Positions 18,217-28,016 of a DNA stretch of 64,000 nucleotides are shown piece by piece; the first letter of the stretch is position 1, and each line of letters begins with the position of its first letter. Source of the DNA: Rhodospirillaceae bacterium (GTDB lineage: Bacteria > Pseudomonadota > Alphaproteobacteria > JAEUKQ01); NCBI GenBank assembly GCA_016722635.1, contig JADKIX010000005.1, forward strand, positions 15,484 to 79,483, given 5' to 3'. The translations under genes and the position numbers were made by a program. The notes beneath the pieces were generated by a model. The model worked only from the letters and a program-made list of their open reading frames with translations. It had not been told where the DNA came from and searched no databases.

Positions 18217-20226
18217 CTAGCCATCCATGGTGGTGATCTGCGGCACAATGGCCAATATCGTCATCGGCAAGGGTTGCCGCTGCCGCACCATCAGGCGTGC
18301 CACACGGTCCCAGCCTTTCGGGAAAATCACCCGCTTATCCCCGCTAAATAACGGGGGGCTTTGATCCATAGGCATGCCGCTGTCGCGGAAAGGTATATCT
18401 TCCAAATAATGGGGGTCAAACCCCAAACTGCCGCCCAAACTATCCAACAATTTAACGGTTGCGCGGGTAATCCGCTTGGGTTTACCTTGGGCTGACCCTT
18501 CGGCCGATCCTGCCTCGAGATCAAGGGTTTCCAGGACACTTTCATATGGCAAGCCAATATGGATCAGCCGGGCGGGGCGATCCAACGTTACCTGGCCGCC
18601 GGGTTCCACGGTTTTATCGGGGTGGGTGCCGCCATCGGCGAGTATCTGCACCCTTTGCCCCACCAAATGGTCAAGCCCTCGAATATGCAGGGTTGCCGCC
18701 CCTTCATAAGTCAAGCCGCAATCTACAAAAAAGGCGCTTTTGGTGTCGGTTGAATGATTGGGCAAAAATTCGCTTTCCATGACCTCAATCATCTGTTGCC
18801 CCTCATCCCCTACCCCGCGTTTAACCGCCAGCCATAATTCATCCTGGCTAATACCGGCAATGGTCGCTATCGACATAACCCGCACATTCTGCCCCCCCAA
18901 CCCGTGGCGGTGCCAACCCACCACCTCCTGCTCACGTAAATAGGTTAGCCCCAGCAAGCCGCCATCCGCCAATGTTACCCACAATACCGCCCAGGGTTCC
19001 TGTTGAAAGGCAATTTCTGTAATGCCGCCTTGTGTCAAATGGCGGGAGAGCAAGGTCATTTCAGGGGCGGCCAGCCCGTCACTGTCCAGGCTGTAGGCGC
19101 TTTCATATAATTTGCGCCCCGCCCGCTGCACAAACAGCACCGCTTGGTTAATCCGCACCGCCATTTGGTCAGCCGAACCCACCGTGCTTTCCCGCCGCAC
19201 CGTGATATTATCAGGCGTCAAGGCTTCATTGAGGGTGGAGGCACGCACCGAAAACTCACCACCCACCGTGCCGACCGCTAAGGTTTTGCCAGCACTTAAC
19301 CAGCGGATGGCGTTGACCCGGTCATCCGAGATGGTAAAATTCAGGGAATTATCTGCTAGCACCTTGCTGTCACGGGTGGATGGCGCGAAATTTTCATAAT
19401 CACCCGCCATCGAGGCCCACAAGGTTTGCGGTTGTTTGCGCGTGCCTGCAAAAAACAACCGTTCCTCATAAAAGGTGACGCAGGATGGCCAGCCATTCCC
19501 CTCATCCCACGCCCCTAACCGCCAATTTTTGGTGGCCGTTACCGCATTAAAATTACCTTTAACGGTTGCCGTCACCACCTTGGAACTGGTGACCGCGGTG
19601 ATTTTGGCCCAACCCCAAATATCGGCATGTTGCAACCGCACCATCCGGCCCACATCGGTTGGCACAAACACATCGTTCGTGGCAGTGATCGTGGTGGCGC
19701 CGCTAGTCGCCGCGGGTTGCAGCGTGGTGTCACTGATATTGATTTCCCTATAAGGCCCATCGCTGCTTTCAAGGGGCGTCAATTGCCAATTGGTATGGCT
19801 CAGGCGCGATAATTTATGCGGCTGATACAGCGGGTGGCATAGATAGAGCACATCCGCCGATTGCGCCCATTTTAGCCCCGCCAAATGCTCGGCCTTGTAA
19901 GGTGTTGCGATCTCAACCGGTATGCTCGGCATGGCTTCAATGCGGCCGCGGTCTTTATAAAAGCGGAAATAATTGCCCCCGGCTTCAATCATATAGGCCT
20001 GGGTGGTTGAATATTCAAAAGGGATCAGCCGCATTGGCCCCATATTTTTGGCCAGCGCCACAAAGCGTGTGCCCGGGCGGCGGGTGGCCGCCCCTTGCGG
20101 CAGCGGGATAAAGTTTAACAGGGTGCGGCAGGCATTTTGGTATTTGGGCAAATCCACCCGCCCATACAGGCTGGGCGACCATTCGCCCGCATTAAAGGTT
20201 GCAAAAATCGGTGATATACGCGGCAT
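18217..20226 (-). CDS. Tail tubular protein B-like (T7 gp12 type)
   Basis: The start MPRISPIFATFNAGEWSP has SD AAGGGGG. The block NGWPSCVTFYEERLFFAGT...YENFAP resembles the conserved WPSF..FFFRNRLGF...YFNFYP block of T7 gp12, as I recall it from memory. Size and position fit. Confidence 0.6.
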   Translation of the reverse strand: MPRISPIFATFNAGEWSPSLYGRVDLPKYQNACRTLLNFIPLPQGAATRRPGTRFVALAKNMGPMRLIPFEYSTTQAYMIEAGGNYFRFYKDRGRIEAMPSIPVEIATPYKAEHLAGLKWAQSADVLYLCHPLYQPHKLSRLSHTNWQLTPLESSDGPYREINISDTTLQPAATSGATTITATNDVFVPTDVGRMVRLQHADIWGWAKITAVTSSKVVTATVKGNFNAVTATKNWRLGAWDEGNGWPSCVTFYEERLFFAGTRKQPQTLWASMAGDYENFAPSTRDSKVLADNSLNFTISDDRVNAIRWLSAGKTLAVGTVGGEFSVRASTLNEALTPDNITVRRESTVGSADQMAVRINQAVLFVQRAGRKLYESAYSLDSDGLAAPEMTLLSRHLTQGGITEIAFQQEPWAVLWVTLADGGLLGLTYLREQEVVGWHRHGLGGQNVRVMSIATIAGISQDELWLAVKRGVGDEGQQMIEVMESEFLPNHSTDTKSAFFVDCGLTYEGAATLHIRGLDHLVGQRVQILADGGTHPDKTVEPGGQVTLDRPARLIHIGLPYESVLETLDLEAGSAEGSAQGKPKRITRATVKLLDSLGGSLGFDPHYLEDIPFRDSGMPMDQSPPLFSGDKRVIFPKGWDRVARLMVRQRQPLPMTILAIVPQITTMDG

Positions 20227-20254
20227 AAGACCCCCTTGATGTTCATCGGCTATG

Positions 20255-20830
20255 TTAGCGGCGGCTGTGCAGCCATTCATCGGCCTCAATCATATCGGCA
20301 CGGCCCTCTTGCGCGTCCATGGCACGCGCTTCCTGCAGGACTTCGCGGTAATGGCTGCGCATGGTTTCAATGCGGCTGGCGCTTTCGGTTAAATTGCCCG
20401 CCAAATACATGGATAGGCGGGCGGAAATCGCCTCGGCCAGCAACGGGTCAAACTGGTTTGGATCCAAGACCTGGCCGATATAGAGCAGCTGTAAGGGCGG
20501 CGGGTAATCGGTTAGCAAGCGGCGCCCTTCAATCCGGTAATCATCACCTGCTATCACCTGATATACCCGTAAACAAGCCGCTGGCTCAGGCCCCGTTGGC
20601 AATTGATACTGGAAGCGGTAGCCAAACATTGGCACCGTGGCCAAGGCTGGCAATAAAGCGCGGCACATGGCTGAATTCCAAGGATAGGCGCGTAGCACCG
20701 TATCGCGCACCCCTTCATAATTACGTTGGCACAGACGAGCGGCCTTGCTGTCATCAGCCAGCGAAGTGATGGGATCAGCCCCCAATAAATCGAGCGCCCG
20801 GTTACAAATGGCAACAATGGATAAAGACAT
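20255..20830 (-). CDS. Tail tubular protein A / adaptor-like
   Basis: 191 aa, immediately upstream of the B-like gene. It has the N-terminal motif ICNRALDLLGADPITSLADDSKAARLCQRNY common in podovirus gp11-type proteins. Confidence 0.5.
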   Translation of the reverse strand: MSLSIVAICNRALDLLGADPITSLADDSKAARLCQRNYEGVRDTVLRAYPWNSAMCRALLPALATVPMFGYRFQYQLPTGPEPAACLRVYQVIAGDDYRIEGRRLLTDYPPPLQLLYIGQVLDPNQFDPLLAEAISARLSMYLAGNLTESASRIETMRSHYREVLQEARAMDAQEGRADMIEADEWLHSRR

Positions 20831-21307
20831 GGAACCTCCCTATATAATGCGGTTAGGATGGGATCGTTAAGGATTGGCTGTTTTATAAAAACTGTTATCA
20901 AGCCGCCTTGTTTTTTTCAAAGGATGATAGGCATGATGGCATCACCAGCACATTAAAATGCACGCAACAGGCAAAATCACATGGATCAGCAACCCACCTC
21001 TGCGCAGGCTGGTAGCAAACCTGCCTCAACCGTTACCCCAACCGCCAAAATGGATGTATCAGAATATCTTCGCAACCGGGCGGTGGTCAGGCGGTCAACC
21101 CCCATCACCAGCAAGGCGAACCTTTAAACAACTGGCAAAAAGCCGCCCACCTTTGTCCGAGTGGCATCAAGGCTTCTTATCCCTGCCTGCCCCTCTCATC
21201 CTTAACTGTCCAACATCCCGTTGATATTGTGCTGCATCCCGTGCTATCCTGCCGGTGCTTTACCGATGTTAATGGCCAAGCAAGGATACGAAATCAGGCA
21301 AAGATAG

Positions 21308-22141
21308 ATGAGCAAGCAAGAAAAACCACCCATCAGCCCGCATTGGCGGCGGCTGGATAAAAGCAGCAGTGTTGTGGGCCGCGCTTCCCGCAGGCCAGCT
21401 GCCGCAATTTCCCGCACGGACACAATAACCCCGCCTAAACCAACCTTGCCCAGCGATCAGGCGGATAAAGCCCCATCCATACCACAACCTTTGCCAGCTG
21501 CAGCATCAAAGCGAAATCCTATTTTATCAGATCAGCCATTCTGGCAATATATTCCGGTGTTTTCATCCCTCATTCCCCTATGGCTACGGATGTCGAAATG
21601 GGTCATGAACAGTTTTGTGAAAGACGAAGCAAAACCGGCCACCCAACCCCAAAACAACGATGCATATGATCAGCTGCTGGCCAAATTATGGGTCAAGATA
21701 AAAGCGATTTTGTTTTGGGGGACAGGGGCTTTTCTGGTCATTTTACCATTTCGTTGGATATTTGGCCAATTTGACTTGATGAAAAAATCGATAGTGGGTG
21801 GTGTATCCAGCCACCTGGATACCCAAAAACCCTCTGCTATCCCTTCCTGGATCAAGCAAATCCTACTGATTGTATTTGGCACCCTTTTATTACCGCTGTA
21901 CCTGCGGGAGAAACTTATATGGGGCATGTTTCGGGGCCTATGGTTTGTCACCAAACAAACCTTTCTTTTTGGTACGCGCTTGTGCCTGTGTTTCCCCTTG
22001 GCCGTATTTTTGGCCATCCTGCTAATTGGCCCCGACTGGCTGGCCCCTGACGGATACCCTAACCCAATCGATTATTCCGACATGGATCAATGGTTGCGGG
22101 CGGTTGAACGGGCAGACCGTTTACGGATCAATAGTTTTTAA
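21308..22141 (+). CDS. Membrane protein encoded antisense to the structural operon (moron)
   Basis: 277 aa. The N-terminal half is Pro/Ser-rich and the C-terminal half has about four hydrophobic helices. Confidence 0.5.
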   Translation: MSKQEKPPISPHWRRLDKSSSVVGRASRRPAAAISRTDTITPPKPTLPSDQADKAPSIPQPLPAAASKRNPILSDQPFWQYIPVFSSLIPLWLRMSKWVMNSFVKDEAKPATQPQNNDAYDQLLAKLWVKIKAILFWGTGAFLVILPFRWIFGQFDLMKKSIVGGVSSHLDTQKPSAIPSWIKQILLIVFGTLLLPLYLREKLIWGMFRGLWFVTKQTFLFGTRLCLCFPLAVFLAILLIGPDWLAPDGYPNPIDYSDMDQWLRAVERADRLRINSF

Positions 22142-22260
22142 AAGTTAAAATTTTTATGTGCTGCCTGAAGGTTTGGTCATGATATCGTCAAGATATATGG
22201 GAACATAATAAAAACGAATAGATGGGGCAGTTTCCTGCCCCACCCCGTTATTCCGACCAC

Positions 22261-22686
22261 TTAATCGAGCGTGTAAAACAATTGCAAGCGTAAGACCCCA
22301 CCAACCGGCAAGGCATCAGCGCCCACCGTGATGATCACGATTTCTTCCCCAGTTAAGGCTTCGCCCACATTTTGGGTGTTGCCAAACAAGGTTGGGATGT
22401 CGGTCACGGTTAAGGTGGTAGCTGCCTGATATTTGGCGGGGTTACCGCTAATACCCACCGCCAGGGTGCTGATACCAAGCGCGGTATCGCTGGTCAACAC
22501 GCCGTAAAGCAGGCGGGCGCCACGCGGCAAGAACCCCGCCTCAATCACATCGCCGATGCCTTGGCCGATGAGCGTGATTTTTTCATTAAAACAGCGCACC
22601 CGACCGCCCACATCCCCTACTTCAGGCATGGTTTGCGGCCGTAAATTACGCAATTTGTTCATCTGATATCCATATGATTTTGCCAT
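22261..22686 (-). CDS. Head-module protein following the capsid gene
   Basis: The start at the internal Met (MAKSYGYQMNKL) has SD GGAG. 141 aa, with no recognisable motif. Confidence 0.45.
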   Translation of the reverse strand: MAKSYGYQMNKLRNLRPQTMPEVGDVGGRVRCFNEKITLIGQGIGDVIEAGFLPRGARLLYGVLTSDTALGISTLAVGISGNPAKYQAATTLTVTDIPTLFGNTQNVGEALTGEEIVIITVGADALPVGGVLRLQLFYTLD

Positions 22687-22693
22687 AATCCCT

Positions 22694-23554
22694 CTACTCC
22701 TTACAGGCGATTTCGATGATTTTTTGCTCTTCCATCCGGCTGGCCCCGCAAGATAAGCAGGCATAGACATAGGTGGAGAAGCTTTTATCGGGACGCGGGG
22801 CAATTTGGCCCTGCATATCCTGGCCAACCGCCACCAGCAAGCCATTTTGCGCCCAGGCGATTACCTGCCTGTCCCCCGCCCCATCTTTAGGCAAGCGCTG
22901 CGTGGTGATGAACTTAAAGCCCATGAAACTGTCAATCTGCCCCTGAACCAAGGCTTTCACCGTATTGTAATCGGATGATTTAACCTCGGTCGTGTTCAGC
23001 AAATTGGTGATTTGCCGGGCCGTGACCGCAATATAACGCGGCTCATCGGGGTCAACCTCGGCAGAGTCAAGCTTTTCCTTGGCCTCGAATAATTTGGCCA
23101 AAGTCAGGCCAGTGGCGCCCACCGCAATCTTCTGCGATGCGGGCAAGGGCACAATCACAGAGCCGTTTTTACCGGTGTAAGACGTGCCCAAGGCCGCATC
23201 AATAATCACATCATCCATCCGCCTGCCGAGCGACCACATGGCCGATTGCAGGTAATTGGATGCCGGATCAACCAGTAAGCGGACTTTATCGGGTTTATCC
23301 ACCATATCGCCCCATTCAAAATCACGCTGGTTGACCCGACGTCTGCTGTGCGGCGTGGAAATCAACGGGCTATCACCGTGGCGGGCGGTTTTTTCCTGGG
23401 CTTCGGTGGCACCGATTTGGTCGAAATAACATTCCTCACCGGTTAGGGATTCCTGCCGTACCAGGGCGCGCAAGCGCGAACCCTTTTGCTGCACCAGATA
23501 CTGCAAGGTGCTGCTATATTGCTTCACAAAAGCTGTATCAACTTGAAAACTCAT
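22694..23554 (-). CDS. Major capsid protein
   Basis: The start MSFQVDTAFVKQYSSTLQYLVQQKGSRLR has SD GGAG. Its length and its position after the scaffold gene are typical of podovirus major capsid proteins. Confidence 0.75.
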   Translation of the reverse strand: MSFQVDTAFVKQYSSTLQYLVQQKGSRLRALVRQESLTGEECYFDQIGATEAQEKTARHGDSPLISTPHSRRRVNQRDFEWGDMVDKPDKVRLLVDPASNYLQSAMWSLGRRMDDVIIDAALGTSYTGKNGSVIVPLPASQKIAVGATGLTLAKLFEAKEKLDSAEVDPDEPRYIAVTARQITNLLNTTEVKSSDYNTVKALVQGQIDSFMGFKFITTQRLPKDGAGDRQVIAWAQNGLLVAVGQDMQGQIAPRPDKSFSTYVYACLSCGASRMEEQKIIEIACKE

Positions 23555-23840
23555 ATATACCTCCAGAGCATGGGTTAAAAGGAAAATCATTGCTCAGAGG
23601 GGGTGCCCAGCCGGGCTGGACCCATCCTGGATAATTGCGCCCATCCTTGGGGGTTGAACCCATTTTATGGGTAATCCCGGGCGGCCTGCTTTCAGGCGGT
23701 CAGCGGAACCGGTCACTGGCGGCCGGTGTCTCCGCAAATATCAAGGCCAGTGAAACTTTGGATATTGATCAAAGGATCAATGAAAGGGGGAAGTGGAAGG
23801 TGGTGGTGTTAGGGCAAATGAAAAAAGGGAGAACCCTGTT

Positions 23841-24095
23841 TTAATAATGAAAGCGGCATTGGTAGATGACTAGGCCATCACTCGTTACTTCATAAACCAA
23901 GCGATGTTCTTTAGTTATGCGTCTAGCCCACTTGCCACTTAATTCGTATTTTAAAGGTTCTGGATGGCCTATGCCAGTATATGGATGATCAATAATATCC
24001 TCAATCAATAATTTAATCTTTTTGATTTTTTGAGGGTTATTTTTCTTCCAGTATTCCCAATGTTTATCGCCATCCTCCGTAAAAACTATCCTCAC
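23841..24095 (-). CDS. yoeB: YoeB/Txe-family mRNA interferase toxin
   Basis: 84 aa. GHPEPLKYELSGKWARRITKEHRLVYEV...CRFHY is collinear with E. coli YoeB. Confidence 0.9.
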   Translation of the reverse strand: MRIVFTEDGDKHWEYWKKNNPQKIKKIKLLIEDIIDHPYTGIGHPEPLKYELSGKWARRITKEHRLVYEVTSDGLVIYQCRFHY

Positions 24096-24505
24096 AAATC
24101 AGCCAAATTTTTAACAATTACTTTTCCCTGCTTCAATTGCTCCATACTTTTAAATAATTCTTCAGCATTAGCAGGGCTACTTAACAAATAAGTAGTTGTG
24201 TCGTGTTTAATCTTATACTTGGCATCTTTTACATACTGCCTGATTTTAGGCAGAATATTTTCAACCTTCTTTAAGATTTCTAATGCAGAAATTTTTTTAG
24301 CTTCAATGGATAAATCTTTAAAAGATTTGCTAATGGCAAACATTTCATAAGACACCCAATTTGTATATGATTGAACTTGGGTATTTGATGTTTCTGATGA
24401 AATATCAGCTTCATCTTGCATTATTTTAAAAGCAGGAGAAGTAGAAGCCGCTCCATAAGCAGCCTCTTCAATATGGATATAGAATTGGCTATTATTTAGA
24501 TCCAT
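24092..24505 (-). CDS. Chimeric antitoxin with a YefM-type toxin-binding C-terminus on an unrelated N-terminal domain
   Basis: SD GAGGAG lies before MDLNN. The C-terminus TTYLLSSPANAEELFKSMEQLKQGK matches YefM [26 protein letters not shown]. The N-terminal ~100 aa do not look like the YefM/Phd fold. The stop overlaps the yoeB start. Confidence 0.6.
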   Translation of the reverse strand: MDLNNSQFYIHIEEAAYGAASTSPAFKIMQDEADISSETSNTQVQSYTNWVSYEMFAISKSFKDLSIEAKKISALEILKKVENILPKIRQYVKDAKYKIKHDTTTYLLSSPANAEELFKSMEQLKQGKVIVKNLADL

Positions 24506-24827
24506 GTTTTTTCTCCTCTTCATCATGCAACTTCATCTGCTCATTTAAAAGCTTTAAAGTTTGTCTCATAATTTCTGGTGAAAGAAATATCTTGGCTATG
24601 GATATTGCCTCCAAGGGCTGCTCTTCATTTTCAGTCTGACCAGAAATCGGAGTGTTAACACCCAATACGGACTGACCAAATATAAGATGCATTTCGTATT
24701 TATTACGCACCAATAAAACTTGATTAGCAAACAGGGTTGGCATATCTGCTTTAATTCTCCAATTTACTGGCCTTACCGCAGGAGAATTCAGTTCATTTTT
24801 AGATTTCTTCAATTGTTTGGCAGCCAT
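24492..24827 (-). CDS. DUF3467-like small protein
   Basis: SD AAGGAA. PTLFANQVLLVRNKYEMHLIFGQ resembles the DUF3467 core. It is the first gene of the AT-rich three-gene insert. Confidence 0.4.
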   Translation of the reverse strand: MAAKQLKKSKNELNSPAVRPVNWRIKADMPTLFANQVLLVRNKYEMHLIFGQSVLGVNTPISGQTENEEQPLEAISIAKIFLSPEIMRQTLKLLNEQMKLHDEEEKKHGSK

Positions 24828-24941
24828 AATAAATTCCTTTTTACTCAACTATTATAAGCAATAAATAATCAATAAAATAAAAAGAATCAATTGTTTCTCA
24901 TTTAGTAGAATCCTTAAATTATTCTTAACCTAATTAACTTC

Positions 24942-25784
24942 CTACCTATCCCCTAACATCATCCGGTGTAAATCTTGCATGCGGCCAATCGCGAATTCAT
25001 GTTCAGGGTGGCTTTTATCCAGCCATTTTTTGCTGAATTCCCCATCCCCCTGTAACCTCGCAATTTCCGCGCGCGCCTGGCTGCCGGACACATTGCCCTG
25101 CCCGCGCCCGCTGCCCCCTGCCATGCTGTCTTCACCCAAATGTTTGCCAATGCGGTGGAACATCCGCAGCATTTGCGGGCCGCCGATGGCTTGCTCCAAA
25201 CTTTGCAGCATGTCGGGATTATCCGCAAACAACCGTGCTGCCCGGCGGGCGGTGGTCAAATTGGCATCATAAGATGGCCCCCATTCCTGCTCCAGATGAT
25301 GCTCCAACTGCTGGCGTTTGGCATCAAGCTGCTGGCTTTGCATTTTCTCACCCTGCTGCATATATTGCACGAAGGTGTCATGCAAAGCCGCCGCCTGGCG
25401 CCCCGTTAAACCGGCTTGATGCGCCGCTTGCTTATACCAACCCGCCAACTCCTCATTATAGGTACCAGCCTCACTGGGTTTTTTCAGCTCATAGCCATCA
25501 GGTTTTTGGGGCCTGCCCAATTTATTCCACAGTTGTGCCCAATCCTCAGCCTTGGCTTCCTTACCCGGAATGGCCACTTTCTCCGACCCAATCGCCCGTT
25601 CGGCATGCATATAGGCTTTGGCCAAATCATTGGGGCTGCGATAGCCCTTGACCTGCACCAATTGGCGGGCATCCTGGTCTAAATTCTGCACCCAATCTGT
25701 TGCTTGCACAGCCGTGGTGGTTGAAGGGGAAGCGGCGGTTGGGTTGGCCGCAACTGGCGCGGCATTGGCTGTCATATCGTTCAT
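24942..25784 (-). CDS. Scaffolding protein
   Basis: 280 aa. It is Ala/Gln/Glu-rich and looks helical, and it lies between the portal module and the capsid gene. Confidence 0.55.
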   Translation of the reverse strand: MNDMTANAAPVAANPTAASPSTTTAVQATDWVQNLDQDARQLVQVKGYRSPNDLAKAYMHAERAIGSEKVAIPGKEAKAEDWAQLWNKLGRPQKPDGYELKKPSEAGTYNEELAGWYKQAAHQAGLTGRQAAALHDTFVQYMQQGEKMQSQQLDAKRQQLEHHLEQEWGPSYDANLTTARRAARLFADNPDMLQSLEQAIGGPQMLRMFHRIGKHLGEDSMAGGSGRGQGNVSGSQARAEIARLQGDGEFSKKWLDKSHPEHEFAIGRMQDLHRMMLGDR

Positions 25785-26077
25785 ACTTCATAATTCCTTT
25801 GTAGTTGAATGAAATCATCGGCAGTTAAGCCCAGCATTTCCATAATATGTAAAAAAACATCCCTGGCCCCTTCATTAAAGGCGGTTTGATGGGGGTCGTT
25901 GGCGGTAAAACTTGTATGGCGCACCTGGCAATACACCGCCAAATCAGCCAGGATCATTTTACTTCTCGCCTGGTTGGGATCCAGGCAATGTTGGTAAGCC
26001 TCAGCCACCGCCATCGATTGCTGCGGGCCAAATAGGCGTTGTAGCCAAGCGGCCCCTGATTTTCTGGGTTGAACCAT
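25781..26077 (-). CDS. Small conserved head-module protein (possibly Bbp19-like)
   Basis: 98 aa between portal and scaffold. The block ILADLAVYC...DPHQTAFNEGARDVFLHI resembles proteins in that slot of BPP-1-like podophages, as I recall them from memory. Confidence 0.35.
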   Translation of the reverse strand: MVQPRKSGAAWLQRLFGPQQSMAVAEAYQHCLDPNQARSKMILADLAVYCQVRHTSFTANDPHQTAFNEGARDVFLHIMEMLGLTADDFIQLQRNYEV

Positions 26078-26108
26078 TATCGTATCCTTTCCTGAAAATG
26101 GATGATTA

Positions 26109-27809
26109 TCATGAAACCGGCATCGGCATTTCCTGATCCGGTGGTTCGGCCATGGCCATATCCAGCTGATCAGCTACCTCTTTCACCGGTAAGCCTGCCT
26201 GCGACAAGTCACGCATGGCCCCGGCCATTGGCTTAGCCGCCGCCAACATCGATTGCATGCTTTGTTGTTGCCCGCGGCTGGCACGCAACTCCTCCACAGC
26301 TTGCGGGTCACGCAGGATACGGGCGGGTGCCCCGAACGCATCCAAAATGGCGCGGGCATAGGCATCGGCATCAATATTATCCATGATGGTGGGATCAAGT
26401 TGCGCCAAGGGTGATAAAGCCTCAACCGCCCGTAAAATCGCCGTACCTTCACTGGATTTTTGCGCCCGGGCTAAGGGCGAGACATATTCCACCCGTAATT
26501 TCAGCAAATCCTGCATCACCGGCGGTGACGGGGGGAATGCCCCGGCCCGCACCATCATATTAAACTGGCGGCTGATTAAGGGATCCAGGAATTCGCATTG
26601 CAAGCGCCCAAGATGCGGGCCCATCAGGCGCAATTTTTCTTCCTGCCGCACCAACACCTCGGTCGCGGTTTGGTTGGGTTGCTGCACGAGGAGCATGAGG
26701 GAGTGGAAAAAGGCTTCGCGGATGGCACCCCGCCGCTGTTCTTCAATTTCAAGCCCCAAATTCAAATTGCCACCGGTCAATAACGGCTCATATAACCGGC
26801 GGCCATTGGCATCCAACCCGCCATAAATGATCCCACCCGGGCTGGTGCGGATACCGCGCACCGCATTTTCATCGGTTGCCAGCAGGGGTGGGTCAACCGC
26901 CTTCTGCGCGCCAACGATCATGGTTTTGGACATGGTGTTGAGCATTTTCACATCCGGCAAGGCAAGCATCGCCGGGCTGTCCCCGTAAACGCCACGGGAA
27001 CGGGTTGACCAGCGCGGCACCATATAAGGGAATTCATGGAACCCCCCCTCCGCCAGTAAAATCTTTTCCTCCAAATTCACGTAGAAACTGGCCCAGTTCT
27101 TACCTTTGGCATCGAAGCGCTGCCGGTCAATATCCTCCCGTGGCATCACGCCATGCAGGAAGGTGAATTTACGGTCTGGCTCTTTTTCAGCCGCTTTCAT
27201 GATTTTCTCGCCGCAGGTTTTTCCCCAACGTTGCAAGGCTTGCCGGGCCGTCCAGGAAAATTTGCGGATGACGGTATCGATATCGCCCCAATCATTTTCG
27301 GCAATAAAACATTCCATCAAGGGGCGGCAGGAATAATGGACGGCGTTTTGCCCAACCGCCTCCTCCACATAAAAAATACCGGTGCCGAAAGACACCAAAT
27401 CAGCGTATAAATCCATGACACGGCTATAAAAACGGCCGCCATGGGCTGAAAAGGCATCACGCATGCGGCGACTGGCATTATCCAGCCAACGGCGTGCTGT
27501 GAATTCCTGATTAAGCGCCGGATCTTGCGCTTGCAGGCTGAACCATTCATTGGCGGAATTGGTAATCATGCCCCACAGGCCTGCCGCCAATTGCTCGGCT
27601 GCTAAGGAAGCCGTGCCGTCATATTGTTTTTGCAGGCGTTTTTCCCCCGCCTGACGCGGAAAAACCCCATTGCCCAGGGTAAAATCGGCCCGCATCGGGT
27701 TAACCAATTCGGCAATTTCCTGCCAATGTTGTTCAAGCGGCATCCTTTCGGCCGCCAGTTGTTCTTGCCGCCGGATAAGTTCCAAGGCGCGCTGTTCGGG
27801 AACTGCCAT
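26109..27809 (-). CDS. Portal (head-to-tail connector) protein
   Basis: 566 aa. The N-terminus RRQEQLAAERMPLEQHWQEIAELVNPMRADF and the overall length are typical of podovirus gp8-type portals. The position fits. Confidence 0.8.
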   Translation of the reverse strand: MAVPEQRALELIRRQEQLAAERMPLEQHWQEIAELVNPMRADFTLGNGVFPRQAGEKRLQKQYDGTASLAAEQLAAGLWGMITNSANEWFSLQAQDPALNQEFTARRWLDNASRRMRDAFSAHGGRFYSRVMDLYADLVSFGTGIFYVEEAVGQNAVHYSCRPLMECFIAENDWGDIDTVIRKFSWTARQALQRWGKTCGEKIMKAAEKEPDRKFTFLHGVMPREDIDRQRFDAKGKNWASFYVNLEEKILLAEGGFHEFPYMVPRWSTRSRGVYGDSPAMLALPDVKMLNTMSKTMIVGAQKAVDPPLLATDENAVRGIRTSPGGIIYGGLDANGRRLYEPLLTGGNLNLGLEIEEQRRGAIREAFFHSLMLLVQQPNQTATEVLVRQEEKLRLMGPHLGRLQCEFLDPLISRQFNMMVRAGAFPPSPPVMQDLLKLRVEYVSPLARAQKSSEGTAILRAVEALSPLAQLDPTIMDNIDADAYARAILDAFGAPARILRDPQAVEELRASRGQQQSMQSMLAAAKPMAGAMRDLSQAGLPVKEVADQLDMAMAEPPDQEMPMPVS

Positions 27810-27812
27810 ATT

Positions 27813-28016
27813 TTATTCCCCCAACAATTTTTTGGTATAACTGGGGGCCGCCCCTAAAACAGTTTCATCCGCCGAAAGTAAGGTTGATGAACGCCCTTTG
27901 GCCAGGCGCGCGCGGCGCCTTTCCTCCTCCATCGCCGCTAAAACATCCGCATCCGACCGTTGTGGTGCTTCGGGAAGTTTTGGTGGTTTCGGTGTTTTAA
28001 ATGGTCCTTTGCACAT
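27813..28016 (-). CDS. Small basic phage protein upstream of portal
   Basis: 67 aa (KTPKPPKLPEAPQ...EEERRRARLAKGRSSTLL). Proteins of this kind recur in this slot of alphaproteobacterial podophages. Confidence 0.45.
   Translation of the reverse strand: MCKGPFKTPKPPKLPEAPQRSDADVLAAMEEERRRARLAKGRSSTLLSADETVLGAAPSYTKKLLGE

Noticed and set aside
23591-23840. A GC-rich 250-bp gap upstream of the capsid gene, with several short hairpins and a 69-aa plus-strand track ORF, could be a structured leader or processing site.
   Set aside because: The stems are only 4-5 bp and I cannot show conservation. The ORF has no SD and opposes the operon. I kept it as unexplained non-coding sequence.
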